A stretch of 55,939 bases of DNA from a virus (lineage: Duplodnaviria > Caudoviricetes), in the IMG/VR virus record IMGVR_UViG_3300032282_004797, positions 1 to 55,939 of that record. One strand, given 5' to 3'. A model generated the notes under the pieces. That model did no database searches and was not told where the DNA came from. It saw nothing but the letters and a program-made list of their open reading frames with translations. The position numbers and the translations under genes are program-made. Positions 19,712 through 30,413 of the stretch are shown here, piece by piece; the stretch's first letter is position 1, and every line of letters begins with the position of its first letter.

Positions 19712-20823
19712 TGAATCAAACTAAAACAAAAATAGTTAAAGTAAAACCCGAAAAAAATATATTAAAGTTTTTTAGGGAATACGATAATTTTTTAATTGAT
19801 GACCAAGAAATTAACATTAACCAAAATAAAACAGGTATAAATATATTAATAACATGCCCATCATTTAAAGTACCACACGGTGGTATTAGAGTTATTTTAG
19901 AATGGGCTAATAGATTAAATAAATGGCATAATATTGTTATTTTTGTTAAAGATAATGTTAAAAAATGTGATTGGTTTAATATCGATGAGGACATTACCAT
20001 CAACGGTAGTTTAAAAAATTTACACAGATGTAATTGTGTTATAATTACAAGCCCACACACAATTTTTGTTCAAGATAATTTACATAAAAAACAAAAATGT
20101 TTTATTTTCATGCAAATGATGGAACATATGTTCATACCAAATAACATGAATTGGTATAATGATTGCGTAAAATTTTATAACTCAAAACACCCATTATTTT
20201 CTATTTCAAAATGGAATATTGAAATGTTAAAAAACAATTTTAAAAGATCAGGTATGATCCATTACATCGGTAACGGTGTTAACTTTAAAGATTTTACAAT
20301 TAATCGTGAACCAAAAAAAAATAATAATTACGTTTTAGTCGAAGGTTGGGAATCAACTAACCCAACTAAAGATTTTAATCATATAGCCGCAAAAGTGGCT
20401 AAAAAATTAAAAAAAGATGGTTATAAAATAATAGCATACTCAAATGTTGATTTATATACGTTAAAAAATGTGCCAGATGAGTTTTACAAAAACCCGTCAA
20501 TTGGTAAATTAAATGAACTATATGATAAAGCTACTATCTTAATAAAAGCTAGTCAATATGACGCTAGAAGTTGCTCACCAATGGAAGCTATGACTAAAGG
20601 TACACCAACCGTTAGAGCTATAACTAAAGGTGATGATGATCTAATAGATGGTTATAACGCCATAATAGTTCCATATGACGAAACAAGTCTTTATAACGCT
20701 GCTACTAACTTATTAAATAATAAAATATTGATGGATAACTTATCAATTAATTGTTTAAACTATGTTGAAGCCTTCAACTGGGATTTTTGGGTGGATGAAA
20801 TAAATCAAATAATAATAAAATAA
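19711..20823 (+). CDS. GT4-like glycosyltransferase
   Basis: HGGIRVILEWANRL, IGNGV, SPMEAMTKGTP. Confidence 0.8.
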   Translation: MNQTKTKIVKVKPEKNILKFFREYDNFLIDDQEININQNKTGINILITCPSFKVPHGGIRVILEWANRLNKWHNIVIFVKDNVKKCDWFNIDEDITINGSLKNLHRCNCVIITSPHTIFVQDNLHKKQKCFIFMQMMEHMFIPNNMNWYNDCVKFYNSKHPLFSISKWNIEMLKNNFKRSGMIHYIGNGVNFKDFTINREPKKNNNYVLVEGWESTNPTKDFNHIAAKVAKKLKKDGYKIIAYSNVDLYTLKNVPDEFYKNPSIGKLNELYDKATILIKASQYDARSCSPMEAMTKGTPTVRAITKGDDDLIDGYNAIIVPYDETSLYNAATNLLNNKILMDNLSINCLNYVEAFNWDFWVDEINQIIIK

Positions 20824-20833
20824 AAATAATCAT

Positions 20834-21481
20834 ATGGATAATAAAATTTGCATAATATCTTTAAAATATTTAGAACCTTATTGGGAATCAACAAAAAATA
20901 ATATAGAAAAAACTGGGTTACCAGTAATATACGTAGATAGGGAAGGTATTGGCTCAATGAGTAAAGCTTTTAATAGTGCTATACCATTACTAAAAGAAAA
21001 ATTTGGGGACAACCAACCAGATTATTTATTTTTTGTTACTAATATTAATTTTAATTTAGAAACAGTTAATTCTTTAATAGATAGAATGGATAAAAGTGGT
21101 TTTGGTGGTATACACCCAACACATAATAGTCACCATAATACCCATCATAAAGATGGTAGTAATAGTTTAAAAGAAACACCTTTTATTGAATGGACAGCAC
21201 CAATCATAAGAACAGATCTTTTTCTTAATTTACCATTGGATGAAGATTTTAAATATTGGTATTTTGATTTAGTTTGGAGTTATCAAGCTAAAAAAATGGG
21301 TTATAAAATTGGTGTTGATCATAACACATCTGTTGGTCACACATACCTTTTAGATAATCAAAATGAACATACAATATCAAAATTAAGAAATCAATTAAGG
21401 TGGTATTGGGACCCTTTTGAACAAAATGAATTGGTTAAGAAATATGGTATTAATTGGAGAAATTTATTGTGGGGTAGATAA
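20834..21481 (+). CDS. divergent GT2-like glycosyltransferase
   Basis: SKAFNSA, FIEWTAP, LDEDFKYWYFDLVWS pattern in a glycosylation cluster. Confidence 0.55.
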   Translation: MDNKICIISLKYLEPYWESTKNNIEKTGLPVIYVDREGIGSMSKAFNSAIPLLKEKFGDNQPDYLFFVTNINFNLETVNSLIDRMDKSGFGGIHPTHNSHHNTHHKDGSNSLKETPFIEWTAPIIRTDLFLNLPLDEDFKYWYFDLVWSYQAKKMGYKIGVDHNTSVGHTYLLDNQNEHTISKLRNQLRWYWDPFEQNELVKKYGINWRNLLWGR

Positions 21482-21494
21482 TAAAATATAAAAT

Positions 21495-22139
21495 ATGACA
21501 ACATTAGAATTACATGGAATAGCACATGAACTTGGTTTTTGGAAAGAATTTGTTAAAACGGATAGATTTATTAATGGTTGGGTTGGTAAAATTAAAACAC
21601 CCGAACTAAATAATAAAGTAGCTGAGTTTATTTTAAATAATAAAAACAATAATATTTTGGATGTGGGTAGTGGCGCTGTTTCTTTATTAAACGGTTTAAA
21701 TAATGATTCAAATTTAATTACATGCGATCCGTTAGGTGCATTATATGAATTAATTTTTGATTATAACATGTATGGTATTTTACCACCGTTAACTTATCCA
21801 GCTGAAGAATTACCATATGAAAATGAGTTTGATATTGTACATATATCAAATGCTTTAGACCATGCACAAGACCCTAAACTATCTGTTGATAAACTATTAA
21901 AAGCGACTAAAATTGGTGGACACCTAATAATCCAAGGTTTTGAATGTGAAGGTACGTTTGAAAATTGGCTTGGTTTTCACCAATGGGATTTACAATATAA
22001 AAACCAAGGGCTAACATTGACAGACAAGAATAATAATGAAATACTTTTAATTGATAACACAAAACATAACGTCATAATGGGTGAAAGTTTTGATATCGGT
22101 AATAATAAAAAATGGTTAATATGCATCATTAATAAATAA
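21495..22139 (+). CDS. class I SAM-dependent methyltransferase
   Basis: ILDVGSG, FDIVHISNALDH, GGHL. Confidence 0.85.
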   Translation: MTTLELHGIAHELGFWKEFVKTDRFINGWVGKIKTPELNNKVAEFILNNKNNNILDVGSGAVSLLNGLNNDSNLITCDPLGALYELIFDYNMYGILPPLTYPAEELPYENEFDIVHISNALDHAQDPKLSVDKLLKATKIGGHLIIQGFECEGTFENWLGFHQWDLQYKNQGLTLTDKNNNEILLIDNTKHNVIMGESFDIGNNKKWLICIINK

Positions 22140-22149
22140 AAACAAATCT

Positions 22150-22914
22150 ATGAATATAAATAAAACAAAAACATCTTCTAGAAGAACAAGAAAAAAATTA
22201 ACGCCTGAAGAAGAGTTTGAAGCTCTTGAAAGTATTACCCGTGCACATAGTGGTAATATCTTAGACAAAATGAGAGTTGATATTAAATGCAAAACCCAAA
22301 ATCAAAAGGCGCTCATTACTGAGATAAAAAACAAAGAAATAGTTATTTGTTCTGGGTTACCAGGTACAGGTAAAACGTTCTTATCTTGCGCTGTAGCGTT
22401 AGAACTCCTCAAAAGTGACCCAAGATACCGAAAAATTGTTATCGTTAAATCTGTGACAACTTTAAAGGATGAAGAAATCGGATTCCTAAAAGGTACCATG
22501 AAAGAAAAGATGGAACCGTTTATGTATTCTTTTATGCATAATTTTGAAAAAGTAATTGGTAAACACAATGTTGAGCTTTTAAGAGCTAATAATATGATTG
22601 AAGAAATGCCAATTGCATATATGAGAGGTATTAACATCGATAATTCAATTACAATTATTGACGAGGCCCAAAACATTTCAATTGATAATATTAGAACTAT
22701 TATGACCAGACTTGGCGAGAATTCTAAAATGATATTCTTGGGTGATGAAAATCAAATTGATATGAAAAAGAAGGGTGAAAGTTCTTTAAATTTCATTATC
22801 CAAAAATTTAGCGATTTTGATGAAGTTGGTACAATCACATTGGGTGAAGATGATGTTGTTAGGAACCCATTAATCAAAAAAATAGAGAAAATATTTAACG
22901 AAAGTAAAATGTAG
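22150..22914 (+). CDS. phoH: PhoH-family ATPase
   Basis: GLPGTGKT, IGFLKG, AYMRG, IIDEAQN, TRLGE, GDENQID, VVRNPLI. Confidence 0.93.
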   Translation: MNINKTKTSSRRTRKKLTPEEEFEALESITRAHSGNILDKMRVDIKCKTQNQKALITEIKNKEIVICSGLPGTGKTFLSCAVALELLKSDPRYRKIVIVKSVTTLKDEEIGFLKGTMKEKMEPFMYSFMHNFEKVIGKHNVELLRANNMIEEMPIAYMRGINIDNSITIIDEAQNISIDNIRTIMTRLGENSKMIFLGDENQIDMKKKGESSLNFIIQKFSDFDEVGTITLGEDDVVRNPLIKKIEKIFNESKM

Positions 22915-22965
22915 TCTTTATTTTAACCCAAAACCCTATTATTTTTATTAAAAATAAAAAATAGT

Positions 22966-23601
22966 ATGGTAATAGGTATTACAATAAATAACATTTTAAG
23001 GGAACACATTAGTAAACTAAAGGATTTATATGAATTTGAGTTTGAAAAAGAACCCATTTTACCTATAAATCCTTTTGATTTATCTAAATCTTTCCCAGAT
23101 ATTGAGGGTGAAATTGTCGACACAAATTTTGAGGTTGGCAAAGAATTGGAGCTGTCCGAAAATAAAAAAGACACTTCTTTTAATTTAAGTAGATTCATGT
23201 ATGAAGATGCGTGTTTTGAAGTATTTGGCCGTGTTGAAGAGAGCCAACCAGGTATCATTAAACAGGTATGTGATTTTTCTAACAAAAATAAGATCAAAAT
23301 TGTCTTATTAAATAATGAAAGCCAAAGATCAAAATCGGCAACATTATTCTTCCTGAGTAAAAACTATTATAACCTAGAACAAATAATCTTTCCTAGTAAA
23401 TGGAAGGATTTTTGGTCGTATTGTGATGTTTTGGTTACTGATAACCCTAAGTTATTAAAAACCAAACCAAAAGATAAAATATCTATAAAACACAAAAATG
23501 ATTTTAATGTTGACATTAAATCAGATTATACTATAATTAACATTGAAGAATTATTCAAAATCTTAAAAAAATTAAAGAAAGAACAAAATGGAAAAAACTA
23601 A
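22966..23601 (+). CDS. degenerate 5'(3')-nucleotidase-like HAD-fold protein
   Basis: IGITINNILR (DxD replaced), ATLFFL, DVLVTDNP. Confidence 0.5.
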   Translation: MVIGITINNILREHISKLKDLYEFEFEKEPILPINPFDLSKSFPDIEGEIVDTNFEVGKELELSENKKDTSFNLSRFMYEDACFEVFGRVEESQPGIIKQVCDFSNKNKIKIVLLNNESQRSKSATLFFLSKNYYNLEQIIFPSKWKDFWSYCDVLVTDNPKLLKTKPKDKISIKHKNDFNVDIKSDYTIINIEELFKILKKLKKEQNGKN

Positions 23602-24670
23602 CGAAATAGTTAAAAACATTGAGTCAGCTATAAGCAAGATTCAAAACAAAGAACAAAAAATTGTTTTCTTGGTGCCAGATACCAAGGGTAACGCTAAATC
23701 AAGTGTTATCCATCTCTATAAACAGGCGTTAACACTAAAAAATTTAGGTTATAACGTTAGTATGTTACATGAGAAAAATGATTACATTAAAGTTGGGTCA
23801 TGGTTGTCACCAGAATGTGACGAGCTAGAGCATTTATCAATCGAAGATAACAACCTTGTTGTTGGTGCCTCAGATTTTATCATAGTACCAGAGGTATATG
23901 GTAGTGTGTTTGAACAAATTAATAAAATGCCTTTAGAAAAGGTTATTTATGTACAATCATTTGATTATATGCTTGAGGCTTTCTCCCCTGGTAAATCTTG
24001 GGTTGATTTAGGCGCTGAGGAATGTATAACAACATCAAACTCACTTAAAACAATGATTGAGGATACGGTCCCAGTTGAAGACGTTCAATTTATTGAACCA
24101 GCGATTTCAGATAAAACGTTTACTTTAAATGATAAACCGCAAAAACCAATTATTGCCATCTATTGTCGTGAGGCTAGAAAAGCAGCAAAAATGATTAAAT
24201 CATTCTATTTGAAATATCCTATCTATAGGTTCGTTTCTTTTAAAGATATGCATACAATGCCACAGGATACTTTTGCTAATAACTTAAAAGAATGTTGTGT
24301 TTCTATATGGATTGACGATGATTCATCATTTGGTAGATATCCAGTTGAATCTATTAAGTGTAACGTACCTGTTATTGGTAAGGTACCTAATATTATCCCA
24401 GAATGGATGACGGATGAAAACGGTGTTTGGGTTTATGATGAGAATCAAATACCTGAAATCCTATCTAGTTACATTAAAAATTGGTTGGAAGATACTTTAC
24501 CAGAGAATTTGTTAAATGTCGCAAAAACAGTTGAGAACAGATATACTGAAGAGGTTTTTGAGAAAAACACTAAAGAGGTTTATGAATACCTGTTCAATAA
24601 AAAAATCTCAAAACTAGAAACAATAAAAGAAAATTTTAAAAAAGAAGTGGAACAAAATGAACAAAACTAA
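23588..24670 (+). CDS. GT-B glycosyltransferase-like protein
   Basis: DFIIVPEVY, SSFGRYPVESIKCNVPVIG. Confidence 0.7.
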   Translation: MEKTNEIVKNIESAISKIQNKEQKIVFLVPDTKGNAKSSVIHLYKQALTLKNLGYNVSMLHEKNDYIKVGSWLSPECDELEHLSIEDNNLVVGASDFIIVPEVYGSVFEQINKMPLEKVIYVQSFDYMLEAFSPGKSWVDLGAEECITTSNSLKTMIEDTVPVEDVQFIEPAISDKTFTLNDKPQKPIIAIYCREARKAAKMIKSFYLKYPIYRFVSFKDMHTMPQDTFANNLKECCVSIWIDDDSSFGRYPVESIKCNVPVIGKVPNIIPEWMTDENGVWVYDENQIPEILSSYIKNWLEDTLPENLLNVAKTVENRYTEEVFEKNTKEVYEYLFNKKISKLETIKENFKKEVEQNEQN

Positions 24671-25487
24671 TTTAACCGTTATAATCCCAGTGCACTCGGT
24701 TGCTGATATTGGGAAACAAAAATTTGATGATTTATTTGATATTGCATTGTCATCTATTAGTAGAAATGAGGTTAAACCAGAAAAGGTTTTAATCGTAAGA
24801 TGTAATTGCATCGAGGTTGATGCTAAATTAGAGTCAATGGATTTATCAAAATATGATTTAAATATTGAAATCATAGTAAATGATGGCGATACGGATTACC
24901 AAAGCCAAATAAATTACGCAGCAAAAAATGTTGATACCGAATATATGTCAATTCTAGAATTTGATGATGAGGTATCAAAAACATGGTATGGTAATGTTAA
25001 AACACATATTGAAGCATATCCAGAAGTTGATATGTTTTTACCTATTGTTAATGATGTTTCTGAGGATAACAAGTTTATAGGGTTATCAAATGAGGCTATT
25101 TGGGCTTATAATTTTAGTGAATCGCTTGGTAATGTTGATTTAGAGTGTTTATTGGAATACCCAAATATCAGCCCTTGTGGTATGGTTATTAAAACAGCTG
25201 TTTTTAACGAAATTAATGGTTTCAAACAAATTAAATTAACATTTAACTATGAGTTTTTATTACGTTTTCATAAAAACGGTCACAAGTCAATGGTTATTCC
25301 AAAAATCGGTTACAAACATGTTAACATGAGAGAGGAATCGTTGTTCTGGTTATATAAAAACAGTGAGTCTGTGGAATATAAAATGGAACCTAAACAGGCT
25401 TTATTTTGGATGGAAACGGCTAAAAAAGAATATTTGTTTAATGATGATAGGTATATAATATATGAGGAAAATGAAGTTGGTGAGTAA
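24657..25487 (+). CDS. GT2-family glycosyltransferase
   Basis: LTVIIPVH, ILEFDD, YEFLLR, PKIGYKH. Confidence 0.8.
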   Translation: MNKTNLTVIIPVHSVADIGKQKFDDLFDIALSSISRNEVKPEKVLIVRCNCIEVDAKLESMDLSKYDLNIEIIVNDGDTDYQSQINYAAKNVDTEYMSILEFDDEVSKTWYGNVKTHIEAYPEVDMFLPIVNDVSEDNKFIGLSNEAIWAYNFSESLGNVDLECLLEYPNISPCGMVIKTAVFNEINGFKQIKLTFNYEFLLRFHKNGHKSMVIPKIGYKHVNMREESLFWLYKNSESVEYKMEPKQALFWMETAKKEYLFNDDRYIIYEENEVGE

Positions 25488-26200
25488 TGGCAAGACAGAA
25501 AAAAGATCGCAACTACTATGGTGTAGACCAAGAAAAAGCGGTGGTCATGTTTCTGGAAGCCAAAACGGTTGCTGAGAGAGAAAAAATTTATAGAGAGTTT
25601 TTACAAGAACCTATCAATACAATGATAGAAAGTATTATTAGAACTTATAAATTATATAGACAATCATACGAATTCCACGATTTACATGCTGACACGCTGT
25701 CATTCTTGATGACAAAATTTGATAAATTTAAACCTGAAAAGGGTAAAAGATCATTTTCGTACTTTGGTACGATATGTAAAAATTACCTTTTTGGTGAAAT
25801 GGTCAAAGAATATAAGAAAAAAACAACTGTTGTTGATATTGATCAATCAGAAGGTGATATTTTAAAAAGAGATGATTTATTATATCGTATTGATAATGAT
25901 GATCTTGACTTAACTATTTTTATTGAGACTTTAACTACTAACATAAAGGATGAATTAAAATCGGATGATTTAAATGATAACGAATTTAAAGTAGGGCACT
26001 CTCTGGTGAAGATTCTTGAAGAATGGCGTGAATTGTTTTCACAAGTTAATGAAGGTAAAAATTCACCAAAATTCAATAAAAACTTGATATTACTGTATAT
26101 TCGTAATATGACTGGCCTAAATACAAAGGAAATTAGGAATAGTATGAAAAGATTTAAGTCTTTATATCGTATTTTTAAAGATAATTATTTAGATAGTTGA
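25487..26200 (+). CDS. phage sigma factor, T4 gp55-like (late)
   Basis: KFDKFKPEKGKRSFSYFGTICKNY resembles the sigma region 2 core of gp55-like factors. Confidence 0.65.
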   Translation: MARQKKDRNYYGVDQEKAVVMFLEAKTVAEREKIYREFLQEPINTMIESIIRTYKLYRQSYEFHDLHADTLSFLMTKFDKFKPEKGKRSFSYFGTICKNYLFGEMVKEYKKKTTVVDIDQSEGDILKRDDLLYRIDNDDLDLTIFIETLTTNIKDELKSDDLNDNEFKVGHSLVKILEEWRELFSQVNEGKNSPKFNKNLILLYIRNMTGLNTKEIRNSMKRFKSLYRIFKDNYLDS

Positions 26201-26224
26201 TATTTATATGAAATAACATTTATT

Positions 26225-26611
26225 ATGATACCAAAAAAGAAAAAAGTTGACGTTTCGGAAGATAGCATGAAAGAGCTTATGCAAGAAACTTATAATGAAA
26301 TTGTTGACGAAAGAAATAGGGCTTTAACCGCTTATAAAAAATTTACAAAAGATATTAATGAAAATTCTGATATCGCTTTAGTTGGTAAAATCACAAATGA
26401 CCTATTAAAAATAATTGATTCATCTATTGAAAAAAAACTAAGGTTAATCAAAATCCAAGGCGATATTCTTTATAAATCTGGTAAATCACCTGATGCCTCT
26501 GGTGTTGGTAATATGACAATTACTGATGAGGATAGAAAATGGGCTGAAGATTTTATTAAAAAACAAGCAACAACAAGTGAATCAGATACGAATGAAAAAG
26601 AGTATGAATAA
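26225..26611 (+). CDS. helical hypothetical protein (late)
   Basis: 128 aa. TATTTAT at 26201-26207. Confidence 0.65.
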   Translation: MIPKKKKVDVSEDSMKELMQETYNEIVDERNRALTAYKKFTKDINENSDIALVGKITNDLLKIIDSSIEKKLRLIKIQGDILYKSGKSPDASGVGNMTITDEDRKWAEDFIKKQATTSESDTNEKEYE

Positions 26612-26613
26612 TA

Positions 26614-28518
26614 ATGGGTTCACAAAGCGAAATATTTTCAAGATATAGATCACTCGTGGTTTCTAATAAACAGAAACCATATGCTACCGATGCGCAAAAA
26701 AAATTAGATAAATTAGAATTTGTTGACTTTTTAGTAGAGTTAGTTAAATCAACCAGAGGTCAAAAAGAATTTAAAAGTTTAATATTAAAAGGTAGTTTAT
26801 CCCAATTAAAAAAATTTGATGATATCAACAAGGTTATTGTTGATAATTTTATCGCTTTATTTGGTTGTGATAGCAATTTAGTTATACCACAAAAATATAC
26901 AACATTAGCTGTTGGTGGTATAGAAATGACCAAACAAGAAATTGATTCTTTTGGGTTATTAAATATTGATCCAGATAGTAGGACGGGTAAATTAATGTAT
27001 GAGGGTAATGACATTACCAAACATGCAAATTATTTTTTTAGTAAATCACAAAACGCAATAAGTGATTCACCGCTAGAATTAAAAAAAGATGGTAGGGTAT
27101 TATTTACGCTATACGCAAAGGATTCATCAACATTTGTTTTTAAATTTGGTGAATTTTATTCAAAAAAACAATTTTCAATCTTTTTAAATGACTATTTAGC
27201 TGTTGCAACACCAGTATTTAACTTCCCTAATTTTATGGCCATATTAATGGACATATTAACAGGATCAGTATCTACTAAAGCAAAACTAAACAAAAAAATT
27301 ATAGTTAAACAAAGTGGTTTAATTAAAGGGTTAAAAAAAATGTTTGGGTTTTGTAATGAAGATGCTGATGAGATGCCAGATGCGTCAAACAAAAATTTCT
27401 TAGATAAAGAATTTAACCCATCAGATGCACAAAAAAATGGTGAGGATAGTGGTGTCTTAAACGCTGATGCTGATTTTGATAATGTTTTTAATTTTAATAA
27501 AAAAGAATTAGATGATATTGAAAACATTGGTAATCTTAGAGCAAATAATTTTTTAAGATTTTCTTCATGTGGTAATCTGGATGTTGCTATAAATCCAGAT
27601 GACATTATAAATTCTTTAGAGGAGTTATTCAATAATAGCCAAGGTGATAAATTAATTTTTCCTAATGAAAATTCACAAAATGTTGTAGCCCAACAAAACA
27701 CAAGCACACTAGATAACTCTAAAAAGATACCAAGTTTAGACCAAGCGTCTGATGTATTAGATAAAGCTTTAAAAAATGGTATTAATGATGTTGTTAATTC
27801 AGGTGAAATAAATGCAGCAATTAATTTACCTAATATAAATGCTGAAATTCAGTTAAATATTTTAAAAGCCATACCATATTCTATTATGCAAATGATTATG
27901 ACACCCAAATTATTGGTTGTACCTAAGTTATATTTGGTTTTAAAAGGTGATAATACAAAAAAATCACCAGAAGAAATGATATCTTTTATGAAACCTTTGG
28001 TTAAAAAAATAGGTAGTTTTATCACTGATTTATTAATTAAAAATATTTTTAATTTAGTAAAAAAAGATTTGATTGGTTTAGCTAAAAAAATTAGTGCTGA
28101 TTTCTTAAAACAAAGAGGTCTTGATTACATATCATCATTAAAAAGTTTATTAGCTCTTTTAAAAGCTTTAAAAGGTTTTAAAGTAGGTGGTTGTCAATCA
28201 ATAATTGACCAAATACTTCGTCTATTGAAATTATTGAACGTTGCACCTATGCCACCTATACCACCACCGTTGGTTTTACTTGGTGGGGCTTTAAAACCAG
28301 GTTTAAATCACATAGCAATGATAAATGAACTTAAATCTAATTTAAGTGAAAAAGGTATTGAAACAGCCGCAACATTTCCAGATGGAACACCAAACCATCT
28401 TATAATTGGTTTGGAAGAAACAATGAAAGTTATGGTTTCAAGTATAAAAACAAACGCAAAGGTTGAAGTAACGACAACAGGTGTTGGTCTTACAACAGGA
28501 TTTGGACAAATACAGTAA
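26614..28518 (+). CDS. large hypothetical protein, probably virion/baseplate-associated
   Basis: 634 aa in a late operon next to a gp5-like gene. Confidence 0.55.
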   Translation: MGSQSEIFSRYRSLVVSNKQKPYATDAQKKLDKLEFVDFLVELVKSTRGQKEFKSLILKGSLSQLKKFDDINKVIVDNFIALFGCDSNLVIPQKYTTLAVGGIEMTKQEIDSFGLLNIDPDSRTGKLMYEGNDITKHANYFFSKSQNAISDSPLELKKDGRVLFTLYAKDSSTFVFKFGEFYSKKQFSIFLNDYLAVATPVFNFPNFMAILMDILTGSVSTKAKLNKKIIVKQSGLIKGLKKMFGFCNEDADEMPDASNKNFLDKEFNPSDAQKNGEDSGVLNADADFDNVFNFNKKELDDIENIGNLRANNFLRFSSCGNLDVAINPDDIINSLEELFNNSQGDKLIFPNENSQNVVAQQNTSTLDNSKKIPSLDQASDVLDKALKNGINDVVNSGEINAAINLPNINAEIQLNILKAIPYSIMQMIMTPKLLVVPKLYLVLKGDNTKKSPEEMISFMKPLVKKIGSFITDLLIKNIFNLVKKDLIGLAKKISADFLKQRGLDYISSLKSLLALLKALKGFKVGGCQSIIDQILRLLKLLNVAPMPPIPPPLVLLGGALKPGLNHIAMINELKSNLSEKGIETAATFPDGTPNHLIIGLEETMKVMVSSIKTNAKVEVTTTGVGLTTGFGQIQ

Positions 28519-28521
28519 AAT

Positions 28522-28740
28522 ATGAATAACCCGAAACTAAAAGAAATTTTTGAAAATGTTGATAAAAAGTCAAATAAAGATTTGGCAACACTATTGGTTG
28601 CCTTAAAAAATGATTTTGAGGATGTTAAAGAAACCGTTCTAAGATTAACAACAACTATGGAAGAGGTTGAGGTTACATATGACAAAGTATATAATGAATT
28701 AAAACAAAGATTAAAATTCGAAGATAAAAATGAAGGCTGA
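28522..28740 (+). CDS. small coiled-coil protein
   Basis: 72 aa with a heptad pattern. Confidence 0.6.
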   Translation: MNNPKLKEIFENVDKKSNKDLATLLVALKNDFEDVKETVLRLTTTMEEVEVTYDKVYNELKQRLKFEDKNEG

Positions 28741-30400
28741 GTTTAGTTTAGGTATTTGTTTTAATAATAGTGACCCGTTAAATCACGGTAGAATTCTTGT
28801 TGCCCCTTACGAAGGGTATAAGAATCATACCTCTTATACATCTATCGAAAACGCAATTAGTTTACTAAACGTAAATTCAATAAAGTATGATAAATGGAGT
28901 GATAAGGGTTCTGGTTCTAAAACTAGTGATCCATATATAGCCACACCGTTTTTACCCAATCAAATATCAATTATACCTAAACCTGGTCAGGTTGTTAGAT
29001 TAATTAAATTTGATGATGGAAGTATAAATTATATTGGCCCTGTAACACAAAACCCTCTAAAACTAAATACAACATATTTCGAGGAAATTAACAGAAGAAA
29101 ATTCCCAGTATCTGATGACATCTCAAATAGTGTTAATGATATGGTTTTTTCTGGTTTTAATAATGAACAAGTTTCTTTGGGTAACGAAAGAATCCTACTT
29201 AGATTAGATCATTTAGATAACCAATCTAGAAAAAAAACGTACCCAGTATTCCAGATATCAAAATTTACGAAAACAACTAATTACAGCGTCAAAGATGTTA
29301 CTGAGACAATTAAACCAGATGTTTTTTTAGATTATATTATCGAAATAAAATTTGATTACACTAGAAAAGAAGCTCTTGATAGTAAAAATATCATATGTAC
29401 CATAAACTTATACAGTACGTTAGAACTTATAAGTACCAAACAAAACAACACATCAAAAATTGTTAAAGGTTTGATGAAAAAAGATTATAATAGGTTTGAG
29501 AATTATACTTCTGGTGCGAATTATAATCAATATGTTGTTAATCATACACTAGAATTTAATGATATTGAATCGATGGATAAAACTATTGAGGATATTATTT
29601 CAGCTTATAAAACAAAAAAGATTAAATTTTATAACCCACAAACAGTTGGTTCACAAAGAATTGAATCTGCAAGTAACGTTATAAATCTGGTTAATAGAAT
29701 ACCTTTCAGATCTAATAGTTCTGGAGCTAACCATGACACACCAGATGAAGTTGCTGATTTAAAAAACTTTGTTGTAAGAATAAACCCAAATAACAGGGAT
29801 TTATACACAACACCAAGTGCTGATTTACAAGACCAACTTGGTATACCAGCAACACAACCAACAGATTCAGCATCACTGAATTATGTTAGATTTAAAGAAT
29901 TTAACAGTTTTATACGTAAAATTAAAAAATATAATAACGATAGATTTTTAGGTGATCAGGAATTACAAGCACCCGTCACAACAACAACTAAAAAAACACA
30001 ATCTACCGTAAACGATAAAGAGGTTACGGTAAACGTTAATTATGCTGATAAATTTTTATTTTTAAGTAGTCTTAATTCAAGAGATTACCTTGAAAGCGCC
30101 AACGATGGTATGAGTAAAGAAACAATTTCTAAATTTTTATCAAATCTTTCTTCGGACGATACTGGTAGAAGTTATGAAACTTATGGTTTTGTTAGGGGTG
30201 AAAAAATACTAGATTTATTAGATCAGATATTAAGTGTTTTCTTATCCCACGGGCATTCAATTGGGCAATCTGAAGGTTCTTTAAGTAAAAATGCAGTAGA
30301 ATTGGTTAAAAATTTAAGAGGGCAAATCGCACAAGAAATAAACGGAAACACAACAAATTCCACAACAAAGATAATTAATCATAACTTACGTCTTAATTAA
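28730..30400 (+). CDS. gp5/VgrG-like baseplate hub/spike protein
   Basis: N-terminal DPLNHGRI...PKPGQVV...YIGP OB-fold pattern. C-terminal VRGEKILDLL...HGH spike-tip motif. Confidence 0.6.
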   Translation: MKAEFSLGICFNNSDPLNHGRILVAPYEGYKNHTSYTSIENAISLLNVNSIKYDKWSDKGSGSKTSDPYIATPFLPNQISIIPKPGQVVRLIKFDDGSINYIGPVTQNPLKLNTTYFEEINRRKFPVSDDISNSVNDMVFSGFNNEQVSLGNERILLRLDHLDNQSRKKTYPVFQISKFTKTTNYSVKDVTETIKPDVFLDYIIEIKFDYTRKEALDSKNIICTINLYSTLELISTKQNNTSKIVKGLMKKDYNRFENYTSGANYNQYVVNHTLEFNDIESMDKTIEDIISAYKTKKIKFYNPQTVGSQRIESASNVINLVNRIPFRSNSSGANHDTPDEVADLKNFVVRINPNNRDLYTTPSADLQDQLGIPATQPTDSASLNYVRFKEFNSFIRKIKKYNNDRFLGDQELQAPVTTTTKKTQSTVNDKEVTVNVNYADKFLFLSSLNSRDYLESANDGMSKETISKFLSNLSSDDTGRSYETYGFVRGEKILDLLDQILSVFLSHGHSIGQSEGSLSKNAVELVKNLRGQIAQEINGNTTNSTTKIINHNLRLN

Positions 30401-30413
30401 AATATTTATTACT

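Noticed and set aside
26225-26611. Terminase small subunit
   Set aside because: Size and helicity fit, but there is no recognisable motif and it is not adjacent to terL.
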